Source: a virus (Duplodnaviria; Caudoviricetes). From it: 39,571 bases of DNA. Where the stretch lies: the IMG/VR virus record IMGVR_UViG_3300033559_000079, positions 1 through 39,571 of that record; one strand, given 5' to 3'. Under the pieces are notes generated by a model, which searched no databases, was not told the origin of the DNA, and worked only from the letters and a program-made list of their open reading frames with translations. Within the stretch, counting starts at the first letter, position 1, and each line of letters begins with the position of its first letter. The position numbers and the translations under genes were made by a program. Below are positions 16,445 to 25,890 of this stretch, one piece after another.

Positions 16445-16895
16445 GCTTGTAAAGCGAGCTGTCGAACTAGATGTTCCTTGTGTAAAGATAACTCGGATGG
16501 GTGTGTGTGGATTCGTCTACGGAACCACCGATGACTGGAAGAGCCTTGTTGACTGGGCGGTTGATAACGCAGATGTCGTTAGACATGTGTATAATGCGAA
16601 TGGTGAGTTTTATGACTGCGCTATTCACATGAAGCATGACTACGGAAGTGCTTATGTAAAGCTGACTGTAAAAGGTATCATGCTTTGGATAACATGCACA
16701 AATCCTCCAAAAATGCGCGTTGAGATGAGTGCTTGTGGTAAGACTTACGATCCTCGGAATGAGAGATATCTCATCGGGCGATGCATGTCTGGCGTGCAGT
16801 GTGACAAGAATGTTAAGTACATGGCTCCGAGCAACAAGTCTCCAAACTCGTTCTGCTTGATGTGGAAGAAGAACGATCGAGCTCCGACGGTGTAG
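16362..16895 (+). CDS. Hypothetical protein
   Basis: GAGG RBS; 177 aa. Confidence 0.65.
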   Translation: MSVLTQEERDAVIAEAEKKKEKAIVEAELVKRAVELDVPCVKITRMGVCGFVYGTTDDWKSLVDWAVDNADVVRHVYNANGEFYDCAIHMKHDYGSAYVKLTVKGIMLWITCTNPPKMRVEMSACGKTYDPRNERYLIGRCMSGVQCDKNVKYMAPSNKSPNSFCLMWKKNDRAPTV

Positions 16896-16913
16896 CGCGT
16901 GATTTTTGATAAC

Positions 16914-16944
16914 GGGTCTGCAAAGGATGCAGATCCAATTTTTT
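16914..16944 (+). terminator. Probable intrinsic terminator
   Basis: GGGTCTGCA-aagga-TGCAGATCC-aa-TTTTTT. Confidence 0.6.
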
Positions 16945-16967
16945 CTATTAATAAAAAGGAGTTTGCT

Positions 16968-17849
16968 GTGTCAAACGAAAAAGAATTTGATGATGTTGAT
17001 GCTACTCAGACGGCTATTGAAGAAGTCGGTGTTGTAGAAGTTCCTACGCTTAAGGAGTATTACGCTGGTGTAAAGACGAATGTTCGCCCTTCGTTCAAGA
17101 AGAACGCGATGAACAGGCGTATGACTGAAGACTCTATTACTTCTGATGAGATTATTGATTTCATCAAAAGCAGAAAACACATCAGTACTGTTGAAGACAA
17201 AAGCAAAGCTGACGATCTCAGATTTGTCTTTGGGGCTATCAGCACTATGGGGTACTGCACTACTGCAACAATTCCAGAATTTGAAGGGATGCCAGCCCCT
17301 AAGTATTGGAAGGTTTCAGAAACAAAGTATTCTGAAGTTGTGAAGAGTGGAAGCGCTGTTGACTTGTCGAAACTTCTTGACATCAATCTCGATGATGCTA
17401 AGAGAGTTTTGTACAGATCTCTCACAAAGAAATCTGGAGCATTCAATCTTGCTCTTGGAGACAGCGATACCGGTGATGATGTTATGGATTTTGTTGCAAA
17501 GACTCTTTCGAACAGACAAGGTGTCTACACGTATGGAGTTCTTTCAACCAAGTTTAAAGCTCTTACTGATGTCCTTAAGTCGGTCAAGTTCCTTAGCGAG
17601 TTTGAAGACACTTCTGATATCGACTACGCAACCAAGCCGGTAGTCGATAAAGCTGATGAGCCAGAGCCGGAGACTCCTTCGTGTGACAGTTGTGAGCGCG
17701 TGTATTTCGTCAACAGATCAGTAGCTAAGATCCTCGGCGAAGTGTCAGTACTTCTCGGTGACAACGTTCCAGTTGAAGCGTATCAGCCTCGCATGGAGTC
17801 TCTGCTTTTGAAAATCGCAGAGGATCTTGCCGACTTCAACAGAATTTAA
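16968..17849 (+). CDS. Hypothetical acidic protein, about 293 aa
   Basis: Start placed at the GTG after the AAAGGAG RBS and downstream of the terminator; in frame with track ORF 16899. Confidence 0.75.
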   Translation: MSNEKEFDDVDATQTAIEEVGVVEVPTLKEYYAGVKTNVRPSFKKNAMNRRMTEDSITSDEIIDFIKSRKHISTVEDKSKADDLRFVFGAISTMGYCTTATIPEFEGMPAPKYWKVSETKYSEVVKSGSAVDLSKLLDINLDDAKRVLYRSLTKKSGAFNLALGDSDTGDDVMDFVAKTLSNRQGVYTYGVLSTKFKALTDVLKSVKFLSEFEDTSDIDYATKPVVDKADEPEPETPSCDSCERVYFVNRSVAKILGEVSVLLGDNVPVEAYQPRMESLLLKIAEDLADFNRI

Positions 17850-17900
17850 TTCTTCGGGGCCTCTAAACTGAATTATATTTCAGCCCTTCGGAGGTCAAAA

Positions 17901-18386
17901 ATGAGTGTTTTCTACACAGGTTCTAAGGTAACTTTCACAGAATATCCCGGTAAGACTACCCTGACATTTCAGATATCAGGGTGCCCTTTCCGGTGTGATG
18001 GTTGCCATAGTGCCGAACTTAGAGAGAAGGTTGGCAAAGAGCTGACTCCTGATGTTGTGTGGTCCGAAATAGCCAGAGCAAATGTCGTCGGTCAACTCGA
18101 CGCCGTTTGCTTCCTTGGCTGCGGAGGAGCTTACAAACATCTCGGAGAACTGTTCAAGGTTGTAAAAAAACATCGTCTTGAGACGGTTCTGTACACCGGG
18201 AACAGTCACAAGTTCTTAGAGTCAGCCCATGTTTCAAACTGGCGCAAGACAGGTCTTATCGATGCGATAAAGACTGGGCCTTGGGTTGAGAAGCTTGGGG
18301 GGCTTGACAGCCCTATAACCAACCAGAAATTTATCCATTTCAAACATGGAGATCTAACCCATAAATTTCGCAGGAGGAATTCGTGA
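17901..18386 (+). CDS. nrdG: Anaerobic RNR activating enzyme (radical SAM)
   Basis: EYPG..TL...ISGCPFRCDGCHS (CxxxCxxC), LYTG and KTGPW...LGGLDSPITNQK. Confidence 0.92.
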   Translation: MSVFYTGSKVTFTEYPGKTTLTFQISGCPFRCDGCHSAELREKVGKELTPDVVWSEIARANVVGQLDAVCFLGCGGAYKHLGELFKVVKKHRLETVLYTGNSHKFLESAHVSNWRKTGLIDAIKTGPWVEKLGGLDSPITNQKFIHFKHGDLTHKFRRRNS

Positions 18387-18748
18387 TTGCGATTATTAAT
18401 CCAGGAGAGGCCTTGTCATGCCACAGTGTCAACTATCTTAAAAACCGTAAGATACGAACTGATGGCATGAATACAGGTATCTATCCGTATGAGTACAGTA
18501 TTGAAGATGAGTTATTCTTCAGCGGAGACACCTTGAAGTCGTTCAGGGAAGCTGAGATCAATGGCCATTGGCAATACATTGGGTTTAAACCGTTCCGGTT
18601 TTTATTCAAGAAGTTCGTAATTGCGAACTACCTTGCAAACAAGGGCGTTGAAATCGAGATGAGAAAGGGCGGAATCTATGCGCGTTGCACAGGAAGTAAG
18701 CCTTACCTCATGTATGTTGGTGATGAAATTATGAAGGAGAAGCAATGA
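18383..18748 (+). CDS. Hypothetical protein
   Basis: AGGAGG RBS; GTGA overlap. Confidence 0.6.
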   Translation: MIAIINPGEALSCHSVNYLKNRKIRTDGMNTGIYPYEYSIEDELFFSGDTLKSFREAEINGHWQYIGFKPFRFLFKKFVIANYLANKGVEIEMRKGGIYARCTGSKPYLMYVGDEIMKEKQ

Positions 18749-19095
18749 CTATCGACGATAAGATTTTCGAGCTTAACAAGCTTGGGTTCATGTATCCTGA
18801 GGTCGAGTTTAGTAACGAATGCCCTTCTAACAGGGTTCCTTGGGAATTTGAAACTCGTTACAAGCAGTATTGCATATTGTGGTTCAACCTAATCAGAGAG
18901 ATCTGGGAAGAGGTTGATGCGGAGTCGCTTGTGTCATCTGATGACATCAGGTCTGCAATGTTCAAGCGTCTGTATGTCGACGAGGTTATCAAGCAGCACG
19001 GAAGATGGTTCTTCGGTGACAAAACAAACAAAATCGCCTATGGCGAAAAGTTCTACAATTTTGTAAAGGGTGTGTATGAAAGTTCAATTGCTTAA
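18745..19095 (+). CDS. Hypothetical protein
   Basis: AAGGAG RBS; ATGA overlap. Confidence 0.6.
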   Translation: MTIDDKIFELNKLGFMYPEVEFSNECPSNRVPWEFETRYKQYCILWFNLIREIWEEVDAESLVSSDDIRSAMFKRLYVDEVIKQHGRWFFGDKTNKIAYGEKFYNFVKGVYESSIA

Positions 19096-19495
19096 AGGTT
19101 CTCCCGAGCCGAAGTATGCTACAAAAGGTTCCGCTGGTGCAGATATCAAATGTCTCAACGAAGTAATCCTCGCGCCAGGCCAGAGAGCTCTCGTTCCGAC
19201 CGGAATCTTCGTTGCCATTCCTGAAAACTACGAGATCCAAGTTCGACCTCGCAGTGGACTTGCTTTGAAGAAAGGGATCACAGTTCTCAATACCCCGGGA
19301 ACTATCGATTCTGACTACCGCGACCAGGTTGGAGTAGTTCTGATTAACCATAGCCAAGAGACTCAGACCCTCGAAGTCGGCGAGAGAATTGCTCAGCTTG
19401 TTCTGTGTAAGGTTGAAATTGCCGAGTACGAATATGTTGATGAGCTCGAAAGTACAGATCGCTCTGGCGGCTTCGGAAGCACCGGTACTCATTAA
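19076..19495 (+). CDS. dut: Trimeric dUTPase
   Basis: All five motifs are present: [26 protein letters not shown] and RSGGFGSTG. Confidence 0.96.
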   Translation: MKVQLLKGSPEPKYATKGSAGADIKCLNEVILAPGQRALVPTGIFVAIPENYEIQVRPRSGLALKKGITVLNTPGTIDSDYRDQVGVVLINHSQETQTLEVGERIAQLVLCKVEIAEYEYVDELESTDRSGGFGSTGTH

Positions 19496-19785
19496 TGGTT
19501 ACAGTGGCAGAGAAAGACGGATACAACGTCCTCTCTGTCGCCTTCGACGGTGACAGGAGTGCTCATGTCAAGTTTGAGAAGATCAAGGCTAATGGTGTCA
19601 GGATCCAATCAGAAAAGTACGGCATAAGCACTGAGGCGTACATAAAGTACAAAGGGAAGCCGACTCCTTTAAAAGGGTTTGTGTCTCTTGCGAAGGTTGT
19701 TAAAAACAACTGGGGTGATGACATTCTGAATCTCATGCTTGATGAGATGAAAAAGTTCGATGTTACATTGAAAGTTATTTGGTAA
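19495..19785 (+). CDS. Hypothetical protein
   Basis: TAATG overlap with dut. Confidence 0.6.
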   Translation: MVTVAEKDGYNVLSVAFDGDRSAHVKFEKIKANGVRIQSEKYGISTEAYIKYKGKPTPLKGFVSLAKVVKNNWGDDILNLMLDEMKKFDVTLKVIW

Positions 19786-19792
19786 TAACTAT
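19782..19792 (+). promoter_or_regulatory. GTAATAACTAT, copy 3
   Basis: Overlaps the stop codon of the 19495 ORF, upstream of the exonuclease RBS. Confidence 0.5.
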
Positions 19793-19876
19793 ATTGAAGT
19801 CGAACAGAGTGCAATCCCACTACCCGGTCAGGGCAATAAACTATACACGAAGACTACGATTTCTTTAGGAGGAAAC

Positions 19877-20494
19877 ATGTCGAGAAAGATTCTGGCGTTT
19901 GACACAGAAACAACTGACAAAGAAAAGACCACATGTGGTCTTGTTACTTTGTCCGGAGCTGTTATTATCGATGATGAAGTGAAGGAGTACTTTGACTTCC
20001 GGTGCTGCCCACAGGACGGCGTAACTGTAAGCAAGGGTGCCTTCGAAGTAACCGGCATTGACATTGGCGAGTGCTATACTTGGATGTCAACAGAAGACAT
20101 GATTACCAAGCACTTCCACCCGATGCTTCTCAAGTATGTTGGTAAGTACAGTAAGGGAGACAAGTTCTTCCCTCTCGCTTACAATGGCAACTTCGACCTC
20201 GAAGTAATGGCCGGAACGTATCGTCGCATGGGTGACAAATACGGTTTTGGTACCTATCAGAACTGGACTCTTCTCGATCCGGTTATCGCTATTAACAGTA
20301 TGGTTGCAAACGGCGATCTCGTGGTTGAGAATCGCCAACTCGGAACGATCTGTAAAGCATGGGGAATCGATATTGAAGCCCACAACTCTCTTTCAGATAT
20401 TCAGGCTACGCTCCGCGTTGCTATGAAGACGATGAAAGTTGCAAAGAATTTTACTAACCTTGAGTGCGAATTGGTGACAAGAAACTATGAGTAA
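19877..20494 (+). CDS. DEDDh 3'-5' exonuclease (DnaQ/epsilon-like)
   Basis: ExoI FDTETT, ExoII AYNGNFD and ExoIII AHNSLSD. Confidence 0.9.
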   Translation: MSRKILAFDTETTDKEKTTCGLVTLSGAVIIDDEVKEYFDFRCCPQDGVTVSKGAFEVTGIDIGECYTWMSTEDMITKHFHPMLLKYVGKYSKGDKFFPLAYNGNFDLEVMAGTYRRMGDKYGFGTYQNWTLLDPVIAINSMVANGDLVVENRQLGTICKAWGIDIEAHNSLSDIQATLRVAMKTMKVAKNFTNLECELVTRNYE

Positions 20495-20930
20495 TAACGA
20501 AGATTCAATTGAAATGGGAAAGCTCCCAACTGAAGCTGATGTGTTCACAGCTGCTACTGCCCCTGAAGTGTCGCAGACAGCTTACGTAAAGCGTACTGTC
20601 GGAGTAGACGAACCGAGTGCAGGCGGCGGGATTACTCCTACTGGTAAAAATGCAAACCCTATTTCGAACACTGGTAACCAAACCGTAAGCATGAAGGGTA
20701 AGTATGTCCTGTCTGGATTCTGCGTGACTTCTGAAAGCGGAATCTACTTGCCGATCGTTGATCACGGAGCCACTGAAGAAGCTCTGAAGAAACGGTTCGT
20801 TGGCGGTGAGTTCTTTGCTAAGATGCCTGATGGAGGTGTTGAAGCGTGTGCAATCACCGACGGTTTCCCGGTAATCTCGAAAGACGGAGCTCGCGTATGT
20901 CGAATGATAAACGGAGAATGGTGCGTGTAA
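20487..20930 (+). CDS. Hypothetical protein
   Basis: Coupled ORF of 147 aa. Confidence 0.65.
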   Translation: MSNNEDSIEMGKLPTEADVFTAATAPEVSQTAYVKRTVGVDEPSAGGGITPTGKNANPISNTGNQTVSMKGKYVLSGFCVTSESGIYLPIVDHGATEEALKKRFVGGEFFAKMPDGGVEACAITDGFPVISKDGARVCRMINGEWCV

Positions 20931-21058
20931 CTATTGATGTTGATAGAGAGGTGTATGAGAGATTCGTACACCTTTTGCACAACTTCAATGCAATAAAAAA
21001 CGCTGGTGATCCACAAGTGAAAACCAGCGTTGTAAGTGTAAAAGGAGAGGTCAAGTGA
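20918..21058 (+). CDS. Small protein, possible ribbon-helix-helix
   Basis: MVRVTIDVDREVYERF strand-helix pattern; GGAG RBS. Confidence 0.45.
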   Translation: MVRVTIDVDREVYERFVHLLHNFNAIKNAGDPQVKTSVVSVKGEVK

Positions 21059-21072
21059 CCTCTCCTTTTTTT
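21040..21072. terminator. Bidirectional intrinsic terminator between the convergent arms
   Basis: AAAAGGAGAGGTC-aagt-GACCTCTCCTTTT(TTTT), with an A run on the left and a T run on the right. Confidence 0.88.
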
Positions 21073-21749
21073 TAGCCAATAGAAGAAGGTTCTCCGGTAA
21101 CTTCAATAGGAACAATGCGGCGGAACATTACCGAAGCGCCTTCCTGAATGATGTTAGCCTGAGCATTGATTGAGAACTGATGAGAGTTAATCATACAGTC
21201 TTCGAAGTAGATCGTTGCAACTTCTCCACCACTCTGATCCTTGAACATGAAACAAAGTCCATGCGGCTGGTCAAAGTAGGAAGATGCAAGATTCGCTGCA
21301 AATCTACCAGATGTAGACTTAGAGGTCTCTGCAGCGGTCATTCCAGTAGCAAGTTTTTGCTCTGTAATACTGAAGTTGTTAGACCCAGCATACATCGCCT
21401 TCATCAGAGAATCTCCATCGAAGAACACGCGACCAAGCTGAAGTTGTCCCATTGTACGACCAGGAACGATATGAGCAAGCTTCGAACCAATCTCAAAGAT
21501 CTGCTGAACATTTTTCTGCTGCGAAACAGAAACATTGTCAAGCATGCCGATAGGAATAAGTTGCGCGGTTAATCCAGCAAGGTCTTCAACTCTCGCAGGA
21601 CCTGAAAGAATGAGGGTTGTTCCACCCTCAATGAAGTCACCAGGTTTAAGTTCAGATGGAGTGGTGCCGGCAGCTTCTTCAGAGCTTCCGAGGACCCCAA
21701 TGTTCTGCGTGTCCCATTTCCAATCTTCGATTTTTTTAGTCATAGCCAT
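21072..21749 (-). CDS. Tail tube protein
   Basis: Directly follows the sheath gene; beta-rich pattern IGMLDNVSVSQQKNVQQIFEIGS...VPGR...IYFEDCMINSHQFSI. Confidence 0.72.
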   Translation of the reverse strand: MAMTKKIEDWKWDTQNIGVLGSSEEAAGTTPSELKPGDFIEGGTTLILSGPARVEDLAGLTAQLIPIGMLDNVSVSQQKNVQQIFEIGSKLAHIVPGRTMGQLQLGRVFFDGDSLMKAMYAGSNNFSITEQKLATGMTAAETSKSTSGRFAANLASSYFDQPHGLCFMFKDQSGGEVATIYFEDCMINSHQFSINAQANIIQEGASVMFRRIVPIEVTGEPSSIG

Positions 21750-21752
21750 TTA

Positions 21753-24146
21753 TTACGCTCCAACGTTAATGTTAATGTCGTAGTAGTTACCAGCGATAAA
21801 CACGGTCTGTTTAACACCGATTACAACTTTGTCAGCAACCTCTTTACTACGCTCAACAGACACAATAGTAATGGCGAACGTCACACCTGAATCAACAAGA
21901 GCTTTTGCAGCAATTCGAAGATCACGAGTAACAGTGTCAAGAAGAGGTTTAGTGATGTTGTATTTACCAACATACTTTTTCGCAGTTTTACGAAGAGTCT
22001 TCGAAGTAATGTCAACCTGCTTTGTTACACTCCACTCACGAGTAAGAATGTCGAACATGTCAGTAGACAGGTCGTGGCGAGACATGATCGCATTAGAAAC
22101 CTGAAGTCCATCCTGAATAAGGATGTCAATACCGGCTTCTCCGATAATATCGAGATCATCGACGCTGAAGTACGTATCAGTTTTAAGGCTGATGTTGGTG
22201 ATACCAGGAGCCTGGCCAAAGTTGGTGTGAGACTGAGAAACAACCAAGCCATCGTCGAGACCTGCGTAGTACGCGGTAAGGAAGTATGGAGGGATGTTTG
22301 CAATGTCTGTACCATCAATTGTCCCGGCGAAGTGTCCAGGACACACGATTTTCATGCGGCGGCTATCAACAGATGCAAGAGCAGCGATCTGCATTGCCTG
22401 TTTGTATTTGCTGCCAGCGAGAATCGCTCCAGAGTTTACAGTGCCTGCGACATTGTCAGCAGCGTTGATTGCAGTAGCTGATGGAGTTGCTGTAAGAGTC
22501 GTGCGAATGGTTTCAACGCCATCCGTATAACCAACAAACACGTCACCAATACCACACCCAGCAGCAAGAGCTCCTGCGATAGTTACAGACTTGGTTCCAG
22601 TTGCAGTCGCTACGATTTTACGAAGCATTGTGTATGCAGAGTCTGCATCGTAAGTCACTCGAGCAATACGCTCGTGAGCACGATATTTTTCAGACTGCTG
22701 ATTACAATAAGAAGAAATTCCACCAACGATCGAGAAGTCCGTAGTACCAAATGCATGAGAGTAAACGTCAAACATTTTAAGATCTTCGAGAGCTGCTGAG
22801 TATCCGCTTGAGATATCTGCAAGTTTTGGACTAACATTGCGAGCGTAAACGACTTTTCCACCGTTTCCACGACGAGCCTGAGCGATCATGAACGCAAGTT
22901 CGTTGTACGGAGAGATCCGGCCAAAGTACTTAACGATGTCATCTTCGCCAGTGATACGCTGAACAGCTTCTACAGGCGCAATGTTGATTGCACGGAATGT
23001 AGCGCGAACAGTCGCTTTGGTTACTGGTCGGAACGCAAAGATAGTAGTTCCGGCAGCAGCGCCGTCTACAAAGATTTCTGTATTAGTGCCGCCAACAACA
23101 ACGCCAGTTACGTTGTAGTAAGTAGCTCCACCTGCTCCAGCTTTAATAACATCTCCGATTCCGAGACCTGCGAAAGATGCGCTGAACGCAGTATTTGCAA
23201 CTGTGAATTTACTTGTAGGAGAAGTAGATGGCGTGGCTGTTACGCCTGTAGATGTGAAACTCTTTGCAAAAGCAACAAATCTCTTAATACTTACAGCTGT
23301 AACTCCAGAAGTAAACCCTCCAGAAACAGCTTCGAACGACTCGATGTTTTTAATATCGAGATACCCGGTGTCTACAGTTGGTTTTGTACTTGTGAATATC
23401 TCAACAGATTTTCCATTATCGAAGATACGGATGATGGATGCCTTGTAAGAAGCATCAGCGCCTGTAACTTTTGATTTGAACGCGACGATATCGCCAACAC
23501 GAACACCTGAGAGCGGACTCTGGAATGTGATTGTGTTTGCAATCGTATTGAGAGCAACCGAAGCCACACCAATAACGACAGTGTCTCCAGAAGTTACCGC
23601 GGTTGTAGCGATAGCAGACTCGAGAGTGATAACCATACCATCAGAACTGATGCTTGCGATTACATGTACTGCTGATCCGATAGTAACAGTCTGACCAGCG
23701 ATAATCCCGTAGTTGCGGAGGTCGGTGGCTACCGCTACAGTCTTAAGACCGATCGCAGATCCTGCAGACGCAGTTGTTTTACACATTGGCATTGACGCTG
23801 TGTCAGCCGATGTGATTTCGTAAGTTGGTTTTTCTTTTACGTCAAAACCAAGCGCAGTGGCTGTGGCTTCGATCTCAAATGTTTTTCCGCCAACAGATAC
23901 TTCTACTTTTGGTTTGTAGAAGTCGTAGGCTTGCTTTCCTGCAACTGTTTCATTGAAGATAACGCCTTTCGTGGTTCCGTATCCGAGAGTAACGGCACTA
24001 GCTGTTTTCAGCTCTCCGATAACCGAATTCGAGAATACCTCAAAAGAAGATCCAACGATAGCCGTAGGAAGTCCTTCTACCGCAACAGCGCCAGGAGCAG
24101 ACTCGAAAGTCTGCGTTACCGCTACGTGTGGTCCTTGATAACTCAT
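21753..24146 (-). CDS. Tail sheath protein (contractile tail)
   Basis: N-terminus MSYQGPHVAVTQTF, PPYFLTAYYAGL...QSHTN, C-terminal REWSVTKQVD...KKYVGKYNI...AGNYYDININV; 797 aa; position before the tube gene. Confidence 0.82.
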   Translation of the reverse strand: MSYQGPHVAVTQTFESAPGAVAVEGLPTAIVGSSFEVFSNSVIGELKTASAVTLGYGTTKGVIFNETVAGKQAYDFYKPKVEVSVGGKTFEIEATATALGFDVKEKPTYEITSADTASMPMCKTTASAGSAIGLKTVAVATDLRNYGIIAGQTVTIGSAVHVIASISSDGMVITLESAIATTAVTSGDTVVIGVASVALNTIANTITFQSPLSGVRVGDIVAFKSKVTGADASYKASIIRIFDNGKSVEIFTSTKPTVDTGYLDIKNIESFEAVSGGFTSGVTAVSIKRFVAFAKSFTSTGVTATPSTSPTSKFTVANTAFSASFAGLGIGDVIKAGAGGATYYNVTGVVVGGTNTEIFVDGAAAGTTIFAFRPVTKATVRATFRAINIAPVEAVQRITGEDDIVKYFGRISPYNELAFMIAQARRGNGGKVVYARNVSPKLADISSGYSAALEDLKMFDVYSHAFGTTDFSIVGGISSYCNQQSEKYRAHERIARVTYDADSAYTMLRKIVATATGTKSVTIAGALAAGCGIGDVFVGYTDGVETIRTTLTATPSATAINAADNVAGTVNSGAILAGSKYKQAMQIAALASVDSRRMKIVCPGHFAGTIDGTDIANIPPYFLTAYYAGLDDGLVVSQSHTNFGQAPGITNISLKTDTYFSVDDLDIIGEAGIDILIQDGLQVSNAIMSRHDLSTDMFDILTREWSVTKQVDITSKTLRKTAKKYVGKYNITKPLLDTVTRDLRIAAKALVDSGVTFAITIVSVERSKEVADKVVIGVKQTVFIAGNYYDININVGA

Positions 24147-24159
24147 ACGTTCTCCTTTG

Positions 24160-24993
24160 TTAACAACCAGTGTTTATCCCACTGGAATTCCAAATAATTG
24201 AATAATCAACCGTCTTATTTAATGAGCATCCAATGATCCCGATGTTGTGTTCATCAACGATCGTTCCTATCTGAAAAGGCTCTCCGTTGAGCATTGCGTA
24301 ATACTCGCCAGAGTCTATTCTTACCTGCTCAAGGAAGTAGTCGTAGGTGTTATCTATACCTACAGTCTTACTTCCGATATTCAACACTCCTGAAGCCACG
24401 TCTCCTTTAGATTCTCCTGATCTCCAGTCAATTCCAAGGATGTCGGTAATGTTGAATGGGCCTTCTTGGAGGACCGACACTTCATTCAAGCAGATTGTTT
24501 CCGCCATTATTGATATCGTCACCTCAGCCCTGTGAACCATAGAGTCAACAACCTTCGGCGTCTCTGGACCAACGCCCATAACCTGAAAATTCCTGAGCAT
24601 TCCGCTCTTCGAGATTATCTGACCTCTATCGACTTGCATATACTCGGCTATGAAATGAGCTATATTCGAAGCTTCTATAGTAGTTCTTGCACCAACTGTT
24701 ATCGAAATCCCGCCTCCAAGGAAATCTCCCTTGGTAACTTTATTCTCAAGAGCATCACCTTCTATGAAGTTCGCGATAGCTACCTTCTGGTAGTTCATCC
24801 CGCCGCGTTGCACAGTTATGTAAGGGTTGCTGAGTGGTTTTTGTACGTCTATTACAAACGCAGAGCTGATTCTAATCTTGGTCAATTTCTGATCCTGATT
24901 CCACAAATACATTGCTCCAACCTTGTTGACTTTCGAAAACAAGAACTGCAAATAGCTTATGAGAGCACTTGTGAGTTTGGCAGCAGGCATCAT
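24160..24993 (-). CDS. Putative tail completion/terminator protein
   Basis: Position between the neck genes and the sheath; KIRISSAF...PYITVQRG pattern. Confidence 0.5.
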   Translation of the reverse strand: MMPAAKLTSALISYLQFLFSKVNKVGAMYLWNQDQKLTKIRISSAFVIDVQKPLSNPYITVQRGGMNYQKVAIANFIEGDALENKVTKGDFLGGGISITVGARTTIEASNIAHFIAEYMQVDRGQIISKSGMLRNFQVMGVGPETPKVVDSMVHRAEVTISIMAETICLNEVSVLQEGPFNITDILGIDWRSGESKGDVASGVLNIGSKTVGIDNTYDYFLEQVRIDSGEYYAMLNGEPFQIGTIVDEHNIGIIGCSLNKTVDYSIIWNSSGINTGC

Positions 24994-25101
24994 ACTTCGA
25001 CCTCATTTCGTGTTAAAAATATATGATGCGCACTATGATCTGAGCTTGTCCATTTAGATTTCTCCGAAGTCTAAGATGTCATTTTTGTCTTCGATATTGT
25101 A

Positions 25102-25890
25102 TCAGGAAATTTCATTAGGACTATGAATGGTGTCGAACTCAACAGGAATGTTGTAGTAGGCATGATCTCTAGGAAGCTCTCTCAGAGACATCATCTGGCT
25201 TACAACATGGCTGTGAGTAGTCCCGTTTTTGCTTCGAGCCATTGCGGGTATTTTTGTCTTGCTTATTTCACCGACAGCTACATACCGAACATTGTCGCTT
25301 TTGCTTACGAAAATATCACCGGTATCTATCAGTGGGTAGTTCGACATTCTTGCGCTGAGTACTCCGCCTTTTTCTTCGCCTTCTGGAAGAAGAGAGCTTG
25401 TAGTTGACTTCGAAGCGATTGACACGAATGCGTCCATCTTATCGTACGTCCCCTGCTCCCACCCAGTACTGTTGCACACAGGGCAGTCGTGGAACATAGC
25501 TTCGTCTCTGAATTTATCCCAGCAGTTAGGGCATCTGCTTCCAGACTTCTTTGCCTTTAGGATGTAAAACGGGTCGCCTTGGTAATACTTATTGAGAATC
25601 TTCTCGGTGTACTTCATAGTATCGATGACACCGTCGTAACCGTCTTTGATGAAAACAATCTTTGAGTCATCAGGTCCGCAAACAATGCGGTAGTAAGCGA
25701 CTCGGTTCGGGTCGAAATTCTTATCAGTATCTTCCCATGTCGTTGAAACACCATCAGACGTGAACGCTTTAGTGAATCCACTCTCAGGCGCGAAGCTTTT
25801 CATCACATCAACAGCTCCGAGCGCGTTAGACCATGACACCATTAAGGTGCCATGGCTTGTAGCGACTACGTCTGCGCTAATTGACCGCAT
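25102..25890 (-). CDS. Putative neck/head-closure protein with a Zn finger
   Basis: Start re-placed at MRSISADV, because the track N-terminus overlaps the upstream gene. CPNCWD...CPVCNSTG; position in the module. Confidence 0.55.
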   Translation of the reverse strand: MRSISADVVATSHGTLMVSWSNALGAVDVMKSFAPESGFTKAFTSDGVSTTWEDTDKNFDPNRVAYYRIVCGPDDSKIVFIKDGYDGVIDTMKYTEKILNKYYQGDPFYILKAKKSGSRCPNCWDKFRDEAMFHDCPVCNSTGWEQGTYDKMDAFVSIASKSTTSSLLPEGEEKGGVLSARMSNYPLIDTGDIFVSKSDNVRYVAVGEISKTKIPAMARSKNGTTHSHVVSQMMSLRELPRDHAYYNIPVEFDTIHSPNEIS

